Shown in pieces: positions 1 through 5,812 of a DNA stretch of 9,130 bases. How positions within the stretch are numbered: position 1 is the first letter of the stretch; each line of letters begins with the position of its first letter. The stretch covers positions 1 to 9,130 of IMG/VR virus record IMGVR_UViG_3300005859_000049; one strand, 5' to 3'. The translations under genes were made by a program, and so were the position numbers. Under the pieces are notes generated by a model that saw nothing but the letters and a program-made list of their open reading frames with translations, did not search any database and had not been told where the DNA came from.

Positions 1-1
1 A

Positions 2-76
2 CGGAAATATCAGAATCAGCAAGAAGTGACTTTGCCAAAATTTGAAAAAATAAAAGTAAAAGAATATAAAAGCTAA
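2..76 (+). CDS. 3' end of a gene entering from the left edge (partial, unknown product)
   Basis: Frame 2 is open from the window edge: RKYQNQQEVTLPKFEKIKVKEYKS*, with TAA at 74-76. A T-rich tract follows at ~107-120 and the ORF converges on the amidoligase gene. Confidence 0.45.
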   Translation, partial: RKYQNQQEVTLPKFEKIKVKEYKS

Positions 77-168
77 GAGAAACTTGAAAGTTATAAAATA
101 AGCTTCATTTTTTAATTTTATATTTACACTAGTTCAATCTAAAAAAATCTAAACTCAACTTTAACGAA

Positions 169-1296
169 TTAAGCAAAAAGTTGAGCTAAACGACTATACA
201 TGATAATGTAGTAAGGCAAATAATTATAGTCAATACTCGGATGATTCTGTCTCAGACCTAAAAGAACGTCCTGGAACCAGACATTGTTGAAGAGATTCTC
301 TTTTTGAGCGTAACTCTCAAACTTCAATAACTTCACTAAATATTCTAAGACTTCCTTTCTGTGTCCGTCTCTTATTAGGAAAGCATTGAAACTCTTGTAC
401 ATGATATTCTGACTAACATAAGGTTCAAAGACTTTCTTGATAAATTCATCACTATGATAGATACTAATTCCGTTATAGTCAATATTAACTTCAATTCCCG
501 GAATTCTCTCAGCAATTCTCTTTATCTTCATAAACATCAATCTTTCTTTCACGTTAGCCCATAAATAGTCAGTAAGCCTGGCACTATAATATCTTGTACT
601 CTTAAAGTATAATTCCCTACCGTGATCGCGTAAATAAGCTTTCTTTGCTTGAATATAGTTTTGCCAAACTATTTCATCTATTGTCTGCAAATTGAATAAT
701 GTCATTTCTTGATATTCCTTTCCGTCACTTGCCCACGGCATTACTCTTATCTCAACTGTTTGACTATCATTGTGTTTATAGATGCTTGCAAAATTGATAA
801 AGTGATAACGGTCTCCGTTTTTCTGATTATCATCTATATCAGACAAATCTTCAAAATCTTTGCTATATCTATTTGACAATCTATTAATATACTTTCTATT
901 GCCCTTAAATCTCTCTAAGAATTTCTGCTTAAATTGAGAAATTGTAGTTGGTAATGAAAGAACATAATAGAATACTGTACTTGATAAGCGTAGATGTTGA
1001 TGATTACCGCAGGAACTATTTTGATAGAACCCGAATCTCTTTGAAATTTCATCATAAATCTCTCCAAATAATTCTGCAACTCTCTCGTAATTAGATGCCG
1101 GCGACCAGAAAGTTATCTCTATGTCTGTTTCATTAGAATTTTCAGTTTCAATCGAACCGTCATGATGACTCTCTACACTTTTTATTAATCCCTTACTTTC
1201 ATATTTATTTTTTAAAAAATCTAACATATCTTCTACTCGAGAATATTCTACTATTCCTTCTAACTCAACCCCAACCGAACTAATTATTTTTCTCAT
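169..1296 (-). CDS. Putative amidoligase (COOH-NH2 ligase type 2, glutamine synthetase/gamma-glutamylcysteine ligase-like fold) with a C-terminal extension of roughly 150 aa
   Basis: 375 aa with ordered motifs GVELEG (ExE), HDGSI, DIEI, SSCGNHQHL (CGxHxH), NRYS, DRYHFINF (RYxxxN) and TVEIR (TxExR), typical of Amidoligase_2-type enzymes. TATA box 24-31 nt upstream of the ATG. Confidence 0.85.
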   Translation of the reverse strand: MRKIISSVGVELEGIVEYSRVEDMLDFLKNKYESKGLIKSVESHHDGSIETENSNETDIEITFWSPASNYERVAELFGEIYDEISKRFGFYQNSSCGNHQHLRLSSTVFYYVLSLPTTISQFKQKFLERFKGNRKYINRLSNRYSKDFEDLSDIDDNQKNGDRYHFINFASIYKHNDSQTVEIRVMPWASDGKEYQEMTLFNLQTIDEIVWQNYIQAKKAYLRDHGRELYFKSTRYYSARLTDYLWANVKERLMFMKIKRIAERIPGIEVNIDYNGISIYHSDEFIKKVFEPYVSQNIMYKSFNAFLIRDGHRKEVLEYLVKLLKFESYAQKENLFNNVWFQDVLLGLRQNHPSIDYNYLPYYIIMYSRLAQLFA

Positions 1297-1307
1297 AATT
1301 AGAATTA

Positions 1308-1335
1308 TAGAGAAATAGATATTTAAAACTTTTGC
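1308..1335 (-). promoter_or_regulatory. Archaeal BRE/TATA promoter of the amidoligase gene (leaderless)
   Basis: Minus strand reads GCAAAAG-T-TTTAAATA-TCTATTTCTCTA...ATG, with the TATA at 1320-1327. Confidence 0.7.
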
Positions 1336-1360
1336 TAATCAAAGACATAAGAAGAAACGC

Positions 1361-1398
1361 AAAAAAACGCTTAGCTTAAAAATAGAAAATTAAAAAAA
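1361..1398 (-). terminator. Oligo-T terminator region downstream of the amidotransferase gene
   Basis: Several T runs on the minus strand right after the stop at 1411 (TTTTTTTAATTTTCTATTTTT ... TTTTTTTGC). Confidence 0.45.
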
Positions 1399-1410
1399 TT
1401 ATGAATTTGC

Positions 1411-2163
1411 TCATAAGTCATAGATATCATAGTTTTTACTTCTATAGCTATAGTAGTAATACCAGTCCTTAATTTCTCTTTGCTTAATTATTTTGAAAGT
1501 ATTAGTATCAAGCAACACTATCTTATTTTCAATTTCTGTTTTTGGAACTACTAATTTGAATTTAAGGTCACCGACTTGATAGTATTGCGATAATATGCTA
1601 TCTAGAGATTCATTACTTATTAATATTAGATTTTTGAGATAGTATAATTTTGCAGATTTATGCTTACTAATAATTAGCAATCTTGAAGAATCTAAGGAAT
1701 TGCAGTATGCCACGCCGTAAAATCCCTCAACATCAATAGCTTCTAAATTCTCTGAATTAATTGCTTCTTCATTCTTTGAGAAGAACTCATAGCTATCAGA
1801 ATTATCGTTAAGCTCTTTCTTGCTTAATGAATAGTAATAGCTGTATCCGTAATAGCCATTATGTGAACATAAATAGTTACCAATTTTCCAACCGTGTATA
1901 TTTTGCTCCGATACAGAACCGCTTGTTGCTTTTCTTAAATGCATATGCAATAATGTATTATTGTCAATTTTCAGATTCTGCAACTTCTTTTCAAATTGTG
2001 CATAATCGAGAGTTCTAATTATCTGATTTGATAGAGAACTATAGAGAAAAGCACCGTCATCATTATATCTGAATTCCTTAAATATCTCCTTTAGCAAATT
2101 CTTTACTTCTTTCTTTTGCTTTTTGTTTATATTTATTGTTTTTAATATAAGATTATAGCACAT
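1411..2163 (-). CDS. Stand-alone class II glutamine amidotransferase (Ntn-hydrolase fold)
   Basis: Starting at ATG 2163 gives M-C-Y-N..., placing the catalytic Cys at the N-terminus. Motifs YNDDGA, HMHLRKATSG, NIHGW, SHNG and NSDSYEFF are present. GAGGTGA Shine-Dalgarno lies 5 nt upstream; the track's GTG at 2172 is part of it. 250 aa. Confidence 0.88.
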   Translation of the reverse strand: MCYNLILKTININKKQKKEVKNLLKEIFKEFRYNDDGAFLYSSLSNQIIRTLDYAQFEKKLQNLKIDNNTLLHMHLRKATSGSVSEQNIHGWKIGNYLCSHNGYYGYSYYYSLSKKELNDNSDSYEFFSKNEEAINSENLEAIDVEGFYGVAYCNSLDSSRLLIISKHKSAKLYYLKNLILISNESLDSILSQYYQVGDLKFKLVVPKTEIENKIVLLDTNTFKIIKQREIKDWYYYYSYRSKNYDIYDL

Positions 2164-2173
2164 GAAGCTCACC

Positions 2174-2560
2174 TCAATTTAAGATTCTGCAATATCTGCT
2201 AATTAAAGGGTCATCTACGGGCGGTAACTTTACAAGTAGATGCGTTGGCAAAGTTAGCACAAAACTTTTAGTTATTAAGTAGAAATATCTGAAATCTGAC
2301 GGTATTAGTTTCACTAACTCTCTTGCTAAATGATCATAGTCTACAGTTTCATGAAGTATCAAATTCGCATCAACCCATTCTCCGTAGTATACTTCAGCGT
2401 TCTTAAATATTAGCACATCTTCATATCCTTCTAAAATTCCAAAATTCCAAGAGAATTCATTTATTACAAATTTCTCATTTTGCAGAATATGAAGTAAGAA
2501 AAACTTCTTGTTTAGATTTACAACTATATCTTTATCTATTACGACTATTTTCATTTGCAT
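2174..2560 (-). CDS. Hypothetical protein (128 aa), first gene of a probable operon with the amidotransferase
   Basis: Its TGA overlaps the Shine-Dalgarno of the next gene (10-nt gap). TATA TTTAAATG at 2586-2593. ATG 2560 is preferred over GTG 2563; ATG 2554 is an alternative. Confidence 0.75.
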   Translation of the reverse strand: MQMKIVVIDKDIVVNLNKKFFLLHILQNEKFVINEFSWNFGILEGYEDVLIFKNAEVYYGEWVDANLILHETVDYDHLARELVKLIPSDFRYFYLITKSFVLTLPTHLLVKLPPVDDPLISRYCRILN

Positions 2561-2585
2561 CACTATCTATATAATTCGCTTTTAT

Positions 2586-2595
2586 CATTTAAAAA
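2586..2595. promoter_or_regulatory. TATA box with palindromic TTTAAA core, possibly bidirectional
   Basis: CATTTAAAAA: minus-strand TTTAAATG is 26-33 nt upstream of ATG 2560. Plus-strand TTTAAAAA is followed by TCTGTTTCTCTC. Confidence 0.55.
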
Positions 2596-2734
2596 TTTAT
2601 CTGTTTCTCTCTATAATAGGACAAGTCAAGCAATATTCATAATATGTCAAATATAGCTTAGAGTTTACAAAAGTCTCGATTCGACAAATTGCTTATAATG
2701 AATATTTTGAATATGTGCAGAGCGTAGAATAGTC

Positions 2735-2747
2735 TTAAATTTGTCAA
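2735..2747 (+). promoter_or_regulatory. TATA + GTCAA promoter of the Zn-ribbon gene
   Basis: TTAAATTT-GTCAA; the G of GTC is 21 nt upstream of ATG 2764. Confidence 0.65.
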
Positions 2748-2763
2748 CTTCAGCTTTTGAATT

Positions 2764-2958
2764 ATGAAAAAAGGAGTACATGTAATTTATAAATGCGGAT
2801 ATTGCGGATATACATTATTAGATGCAAGAAGTTACGATTTACTAAGTATAAAATTATATTCAAATGCTGAACTTCTAAAATCATTAAATTATGAATGTCC
2901 TAATTGTCATAAAAAATTTGTTGGAGTTAAAAAAATAGAAGTATCTTACGAAGGTTAG
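2764..2958 (+). CDS. Small C4 zinc-ribbon protein (64 aa)
   Basis: Two CxxC knuckles (YKCGYCG and YECPNCH), its own promoter, and a stop overlapping the convergent svtR-like stop. Confidence 0.8.
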   Translation: MKKGVHVIYKCGYCGYTLLDARSYDLLSIKLYSNAELLKSLNYECPNCHKKFVGVKKIEVSYEG

Positions 2959-3101
2959 AAGCCCCTCTTCTTGAGATACTCATCTAAAGCTTCAGAAATA
3001 GCGTCCTTTATTTTCATATTGTTTTTTGCACAATACATCTTTAATCTGACTTTTAACTCTCTTGAAATTACTATTCCAAAACTTACTTTCTCTTCTTGCA
3101 T
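2955..3101 (-). CDS. svtR: RHH transcriptional regulator, SvtR (SIRV1 ORF56b) homologue, 48 aa; not in the ORF track
   Basis: Hand translation: MQEEKVSFGIVISRELKVRLKMYCAKNNMKIKDAISEALDEYLKKRGF*. It has the beta-strand VSFGI plus two helices, and matches the recalled SvtR pattern FGI....LK.RLK.YCAKNN....AI.EA..EYL.KR. Confidence 0.88.
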   Translation of the reverse strand: MQEEKVSFGIVISRELKVRLKMYCAKNNMKIKDAISEALDEYLKKRGF

Positions 3102-3127
3102 TTTCTCTCAATTTTTAAAAAGTGATA

Positions 3128-3142
3128 TTGACAAATAAATAA
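3128..3142 (-). promoter_or_regulatory. TATA-like + GTCAA promoter of the svtR-like gene
   Basis: Minus strand TTATTTATTT-GTCAA; G is 31 nt upstream of ATG 3101, implying a leader of about 9 nt. Confidence 0.55.
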
Positions 3143-3146
3143 GTAT

Positions 3147-3713
3147 CTAATGATGAAAACAGTGACTCCACAAATCTACAAATATTCCCGTTGAGACTAC
3201 AATATCTGCAATTGCAATAAACTTAACTAAAGAAATATTAGTTGTAAAGTACAAGATAATATTTAGCAGAATTAGAATTAGTAAGCCATATAAATCATGA
3301 GTTTTCCCGTGAGTAAAATAATACCACATTCTGCAAGATTCTGAATTATGAAACTCTGGAGTTTTGAAATTAGGACTTGCAAGCTTCAACAAGATGGTTG
3401 CAATTACAATTTCAACAACATCATCAATCGGAATATGATAATAAACGGGATAATACCACGCGTAATTGAACGGTAAAGAATTATCAAGAATCCAGTAAAA
3501 GACATCTTCAATTGTCATACTGTAGAGAAAAAGTGAAAATGTCAAAGTTACACTCGGAACTAATGAAATTACAAAAAAGAAAATGAAATAAATCACGCGA
3601 TAAATGTAAGGGTTGATATAAAGATAGAACGGCGTCTTAACTTCAACAAACGCGTAAGTAATTGAAAAAATGACAATAAGTAACGTCTTAAAGAATAAAT
3701 ATCTACTTATCAT
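3147..3713 (-). CDS. Multi-pass membrane protein (about 6 hydrophobic segments), unknown function
   Basis: 188 aa with long hydrophobic stretches and polar motifs EDVFYW, IPIDD, HDLYG and DLWSHCFHH. ATGA overlap with the upstream gene at 3710-3713. Confidence 0.8.
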   Translation of the reverse strand: MISRYLFFKTLLIVIFSITYAFVEVKTPFYLYINPYIYRVIYFIFFFVISLVPSVTLTFSLFLYSMTIEDVFYWILDNSLPFNYAWYYPVYYHIPIDDVVEIVIATILLKLASPNFKTPEFHNSESCRMWYYFTHGKTHDLYGLLILILLNIILYFTTNISLVKFIAIADIVVSTGIFVDLWSHCFHH

Positions 3714-4402
3714 TTCAAAATCCCCAAATATCTATAAATCAGCTTTTTTAACCAAGTTGCTTCTGTAAATTCTCTAGAATTTGCAAAAGGTACAGTGTTT
3801 TCAACTATATATTTCTCAACCTCTTGTAAATATATCGGGAATGGAGCATTTAATACCGGAATCCCGGTCTCCAAGGTATAAAATAAAATTTCAAGCGGGT
3901 TATATTCAACAAAATATTCATGAGTCTTCTTAGGAAAAGCCAAAAATACTCTGTAGTAATTCGGCAAATTGTTCGGAGCTGAAAACCCGCATTCTTCAAG
4001 CGTGAGCTTCTTAAACGCCGGAACATAGAAAACGCCAGCATAATTCAAATTTCCATCAACATCTTGTATAACTGCCACTCTGTATGGATAATTATAATAT
4101 TTATTTTCATTAGTTATGAATTTGATAATTCCAAAAGCTTTGTATACCTCTGTATAGAAATTCAAGAATGCGTAAGGCTGAACTTCTTGAGTCCCTCTCA
4201 CAAGTACAAATTCTCTATCAATTCCTGAATTATTGTAAATTACCCAATTTAAACAACCAGTATTTTCATCAAAATTTTGCCAAATTACGCCGTAACCCAA
4301 CTCTTGCTCAAGATTTGATAACTTCTTTAGCTCTGTTTCTTCAAAATTTTCAACTAGAAATTTAGAATTTTTTCTCAATTTTTCTAATGTTTGCTTCTGC
4401 AT
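3710..4402 (-). CDS. Hypothetical protein (230 aa), aromatic-rich, probably beta-rich, translationally coupled to the membrane protein
   Basis: Long ORF with a leaderless TATA+GTCAA promoter and a 4-nt stop/start overlap. Confidence 0.82.
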   Translation of the reverse strand: MQKQTLEKLRKNSKFLVENFEETELKKLSNLEQELGYGVIWQNFDENTGCLNWVIYNNSGIDREFVLVRGTQEVQPYAFLNFYTEVYKAFGIIKFITNENKYYNYPYRVAVIQDVDGNLNYAGVFYVPAFKKLTLEECGFSAPNNLPNYYRVFLAFPKKTHEYFVEYNPLEILFYTLETGIPVLNAPFPIYLQEVEKYIVENTVPFANSREFTEATWLKKLIYRYLGILK

Positions 4403-4419
4403 AATATTTTTTTATCACT

Positions 4420-4433
4420 TTGACTTTAATAAA
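4420..4433 (-). promoter_or_regulatory. TATA + GTCAA promoter of the 230-aa gene
   Basis: Minus strand TTTATTAAA-GTCAA; G is 22 nt upstream of ATG 4402. Confidence 0.65.
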
Positions 4434-4439
4434 CTTAGC

Positions 4440-4622
4440 ATGAGCGACCAAACTCTTAATATTATAGCTTTTCTAGTTCATAGTGTACTATTTGCAGTTT
4501 TTCTATTCTTAGCTGTTGTAAATCCAGAATTATTCAAATGTCAAAATTTTATGAATATTCTATATATTTTATTATCAACTCTGCTAATTCATGGAGGATA
4601 TAATCTAGGGAAAAAATCTTGA
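4440..4622 (+). CDS. Small membrane protein with two TM helices (60 aa)
   Basis: Two hydrophobic helices separated by NPELFKCQN, with a basic C-terminus (GKKS). It fills the gap between the 230-aa gene and rep, with an 18-nt convergent overlap. Confidence 0.7.
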   Translation: MSDQTLNIIAFLVHSVLFAVFLFLAVVNPELFKCQNFMNILYILLSTLLIHGGYNLGKKS

Positions 4623-4961
4623 ATTCTGTTTCATCATATAAGCAAAAACCCTTTCAAAATCGCCTTTTGTCTTCGGAACTAATTCTATCCGAATATCTGC
4701 ATGCAGAGGCATCTTTTCATGAACTTCAGAATAGTCCAATCTTCTATTGAGAAATACTAAAACATGATAATGCAGACCACGACTGACTTGCGTAAGCTCT
4801 TTTACAGAGAAAATATGAGCAGACCTATCAAAATTGTAAATATATTGTCGAAATTTTTTATAAATCGGAATAGTTGAACCGAACTTGTAATTTGTTGCAA
4901 TTGTGACAAAATATGTAAAAGCAGAAGAGAAATGAAGACCTAGAAGTTTTTCATAATTCAT
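4605..4961 (-). CDS. rep: HUH-family Rep nicking/joining endonuclease (SIRV ORF119-like)
   Basis: 118 aa with motif I FVTIAT, motif II GLHYHVLVF and motif III YMMK. It lies close to and divergent from the SSB-ATPase-nuclease cluster, as in rudiviruses. Confidence 0.9.
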   Translation of the reverse strand: MNYEKLLGLHFSSAFTYFVTIATNYKFGSTIPIYKKFRQYIYNFDRSAHIFSVKELTQVSRGLHYHVLVFLNRRLDYSEVHEKMPLHADIRIELVPKTKGDFERVFAYMMKQNSRFFP

Positions 4962-4977
4962 AATTGAAATCGCAAAA

Positions 4978-5032
4978 GTGACATTTAAAAAATTTCTCGA
5001 AATCTTTAAAAATTTTAACGCTAAGACTTGAC
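4978..5032. promoter_or_regulatory. Back-to-back promoters of rep (-) and the RHH gene (+)
   Basis: Minus strand TTTTAAAT-GTCAC has G 21 nt upstream of ATG 4961. Plus strand TTTAAAAA (5005-5012) precedes ATG 5036, with an inverted GTCAA (TTGAC, 5028-5032). Confidence 0.65.
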
Positions 5033-5035
5033 ATA

Positions 5036-5305
5036 ATGAAAAGCATAAAAAGACATATAATCATAAGACTACCTAAGAGCAAGCTAAGATTTTTTAATGA
5101 AAATAAAGACAAAATTCTACAAATTATTGATGAGATAATTCAGAAAAATATAGAAATTAGAAGAATTGAAGACTTAGAAATATATAGCGAAAGAGTTAGC
5201 CTAACTGTAGATGAACTATATTATGAAAAACTAGAAGAATTAGCTAAAAAATATAATATGCCGATATCAACTCTAATTAGAAATATAATATTCCAAATAA
5301 GTTAA
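5036..5305 (+). CDS. RHH DNA-binding protein, probably tandem RHH (lipothrixvirus AvtR-like)
   Basis: The C-terminal RVSLTVDELYYEKLEELAKKYNMPISTLIRNII is a clear RHH. The N-terminal HIIIRLPKSK...ILQIIDEII resembles a degenerate second RHH. A T7 tract follows at 5309-5315. Confidence 0.78.
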   Translation: MKSIKRHIIIRLPKSKLRFFNENKDKILQIIDEIIQKNIEIRRIEDLEIYSERVSLTVDELYYEKLEELAKKYNMPISTLIRNIIFQIS

Positions 5306-5318
5306 ATCTTTTTTTATC

Positions 5319-5372
5319 TAACTTCTGACTCTGTAAATTTTAGATTCCTAACTCTTTAACTCTACAATTTTA
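5319..5372 (+). repeat. Degenerate tandem array of 7-8-nt units (consensus about YARHTYY) upstream of the SSB promoter
   Basis: TAACTTC (5319), TGACTCT (5326), TAAATTT (5334), TAGATTC (5341), TAACTCT (5349), TAACTCT (5357), CAATTTT (5365). Confidence 0.55.
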
Positions 5373-5382
5373 TATTTGTCAA
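5369..5382 (+). promoter_or_regulatory. TATA + GTCAA promoter of the SSB gene
   Basis: TTTATATTT-GTCAA; G is 22 nt upstream of ATG 5400. Confidence 0.7.
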
Positions 5383-5399
5383 ACTTTTTATCTATCTTA

Positions 5400-5786
5400 A
5401 TGGCGTCCTTAAAAGAAATAATAGATGAAATAGGAAGTCAAGCAAAGCAAAGTAACAAACCTGTCTCAAGAGTACTAAAAATTAAAGGAACAAAAAGACT
5501 AGTCGTTCAACTTAATGCAGTGCCGAACGGGAATTCTGTAAGATATAGCATGACAATTCACTCTGCTAACAACTTTAGAAAGCAAATCGGAATTACTGCT
5601 AATGATGCGGAAGATTTAAAAATAATTAGCGAATTCCTATCAAAATATGCTGATTTACTAAATACATATGTAAAATTCACTGGAAGAAATAATAATTCAG
5701 TACAAGAAGAAGAACTTGATATAGAAGAAGAGCAACACCAACAGTCTAAAAAATCGCAAAAGAAGAACGTGGAAGATGAATTTTAA
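5400..5786 (+). CDS. Rudiviral single-stranded DNA-binding protein (SIRV2 gp17/ORF131b-like), 128 aa
   Basis: MASLKEIIDE...RLVVQLNAVP...RYSMTIHSANNFRKQIGIT..DAEDLK matches the recalled SIRV ORF131. It has a disordered charged tail ending EDEF. The track's TTG at 5376 lies inside the promoter, so ATG 5400 is used. Confidence 0.9.
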   Translation: MASLKEIIDEIGSQAKQSNKPVSRVLKIKGTKRLVVQLNAVPNGNSVRYSMTIHSANNFRKQIGITANDAEDLKIISEFLSKYADLLNTYVKFTGRNNNSVQEEELDIEEEQHQQSKKSQKKNVEDEF

Positions 5787-5795
5787 AAAAGTCAA
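5782..5795 (+). promoter_or_regulatory. Internal TATA + GTCAA promoter of the ATPase gene, overlapping the SSB stop codon
   Basis: TTTAAAAAA-GTCAA; G is 22 nt upstream of ATG 5813. Confidence 0.6.
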
Positions 5796-5812
5796 ACTCT
5801 AACTTTTTTTTC

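Noticed and set aside
1355-1370. AAACGC direct repeat containing TTTTTTTGC on the minus strand, reminiscent of rudiviral terminal repeats
   Set aside because: A single short copy within a terminator-like region is not evidence of a genome terminus.
1827-2018. 63-aa ORF on + strand
   Set aside because: Antisense to the well-supported GATase, with no promoter or motif.
3850-4041. 63-aa alternative-frame ORF on - strand
   Set aside because: Nested within the 230-aa gene, with no expression signals.
4168-4365. 65-aa ORF on + strand
   Set aside because: Antisense shadow of the 230-aa gene.
4605-4961. IS200/IS605 TnpA interpretation of the HUH protein
   Set aside because: No tnpB or subterminal hairpins were seen; motifs and synteny fit rudiviral Rep.
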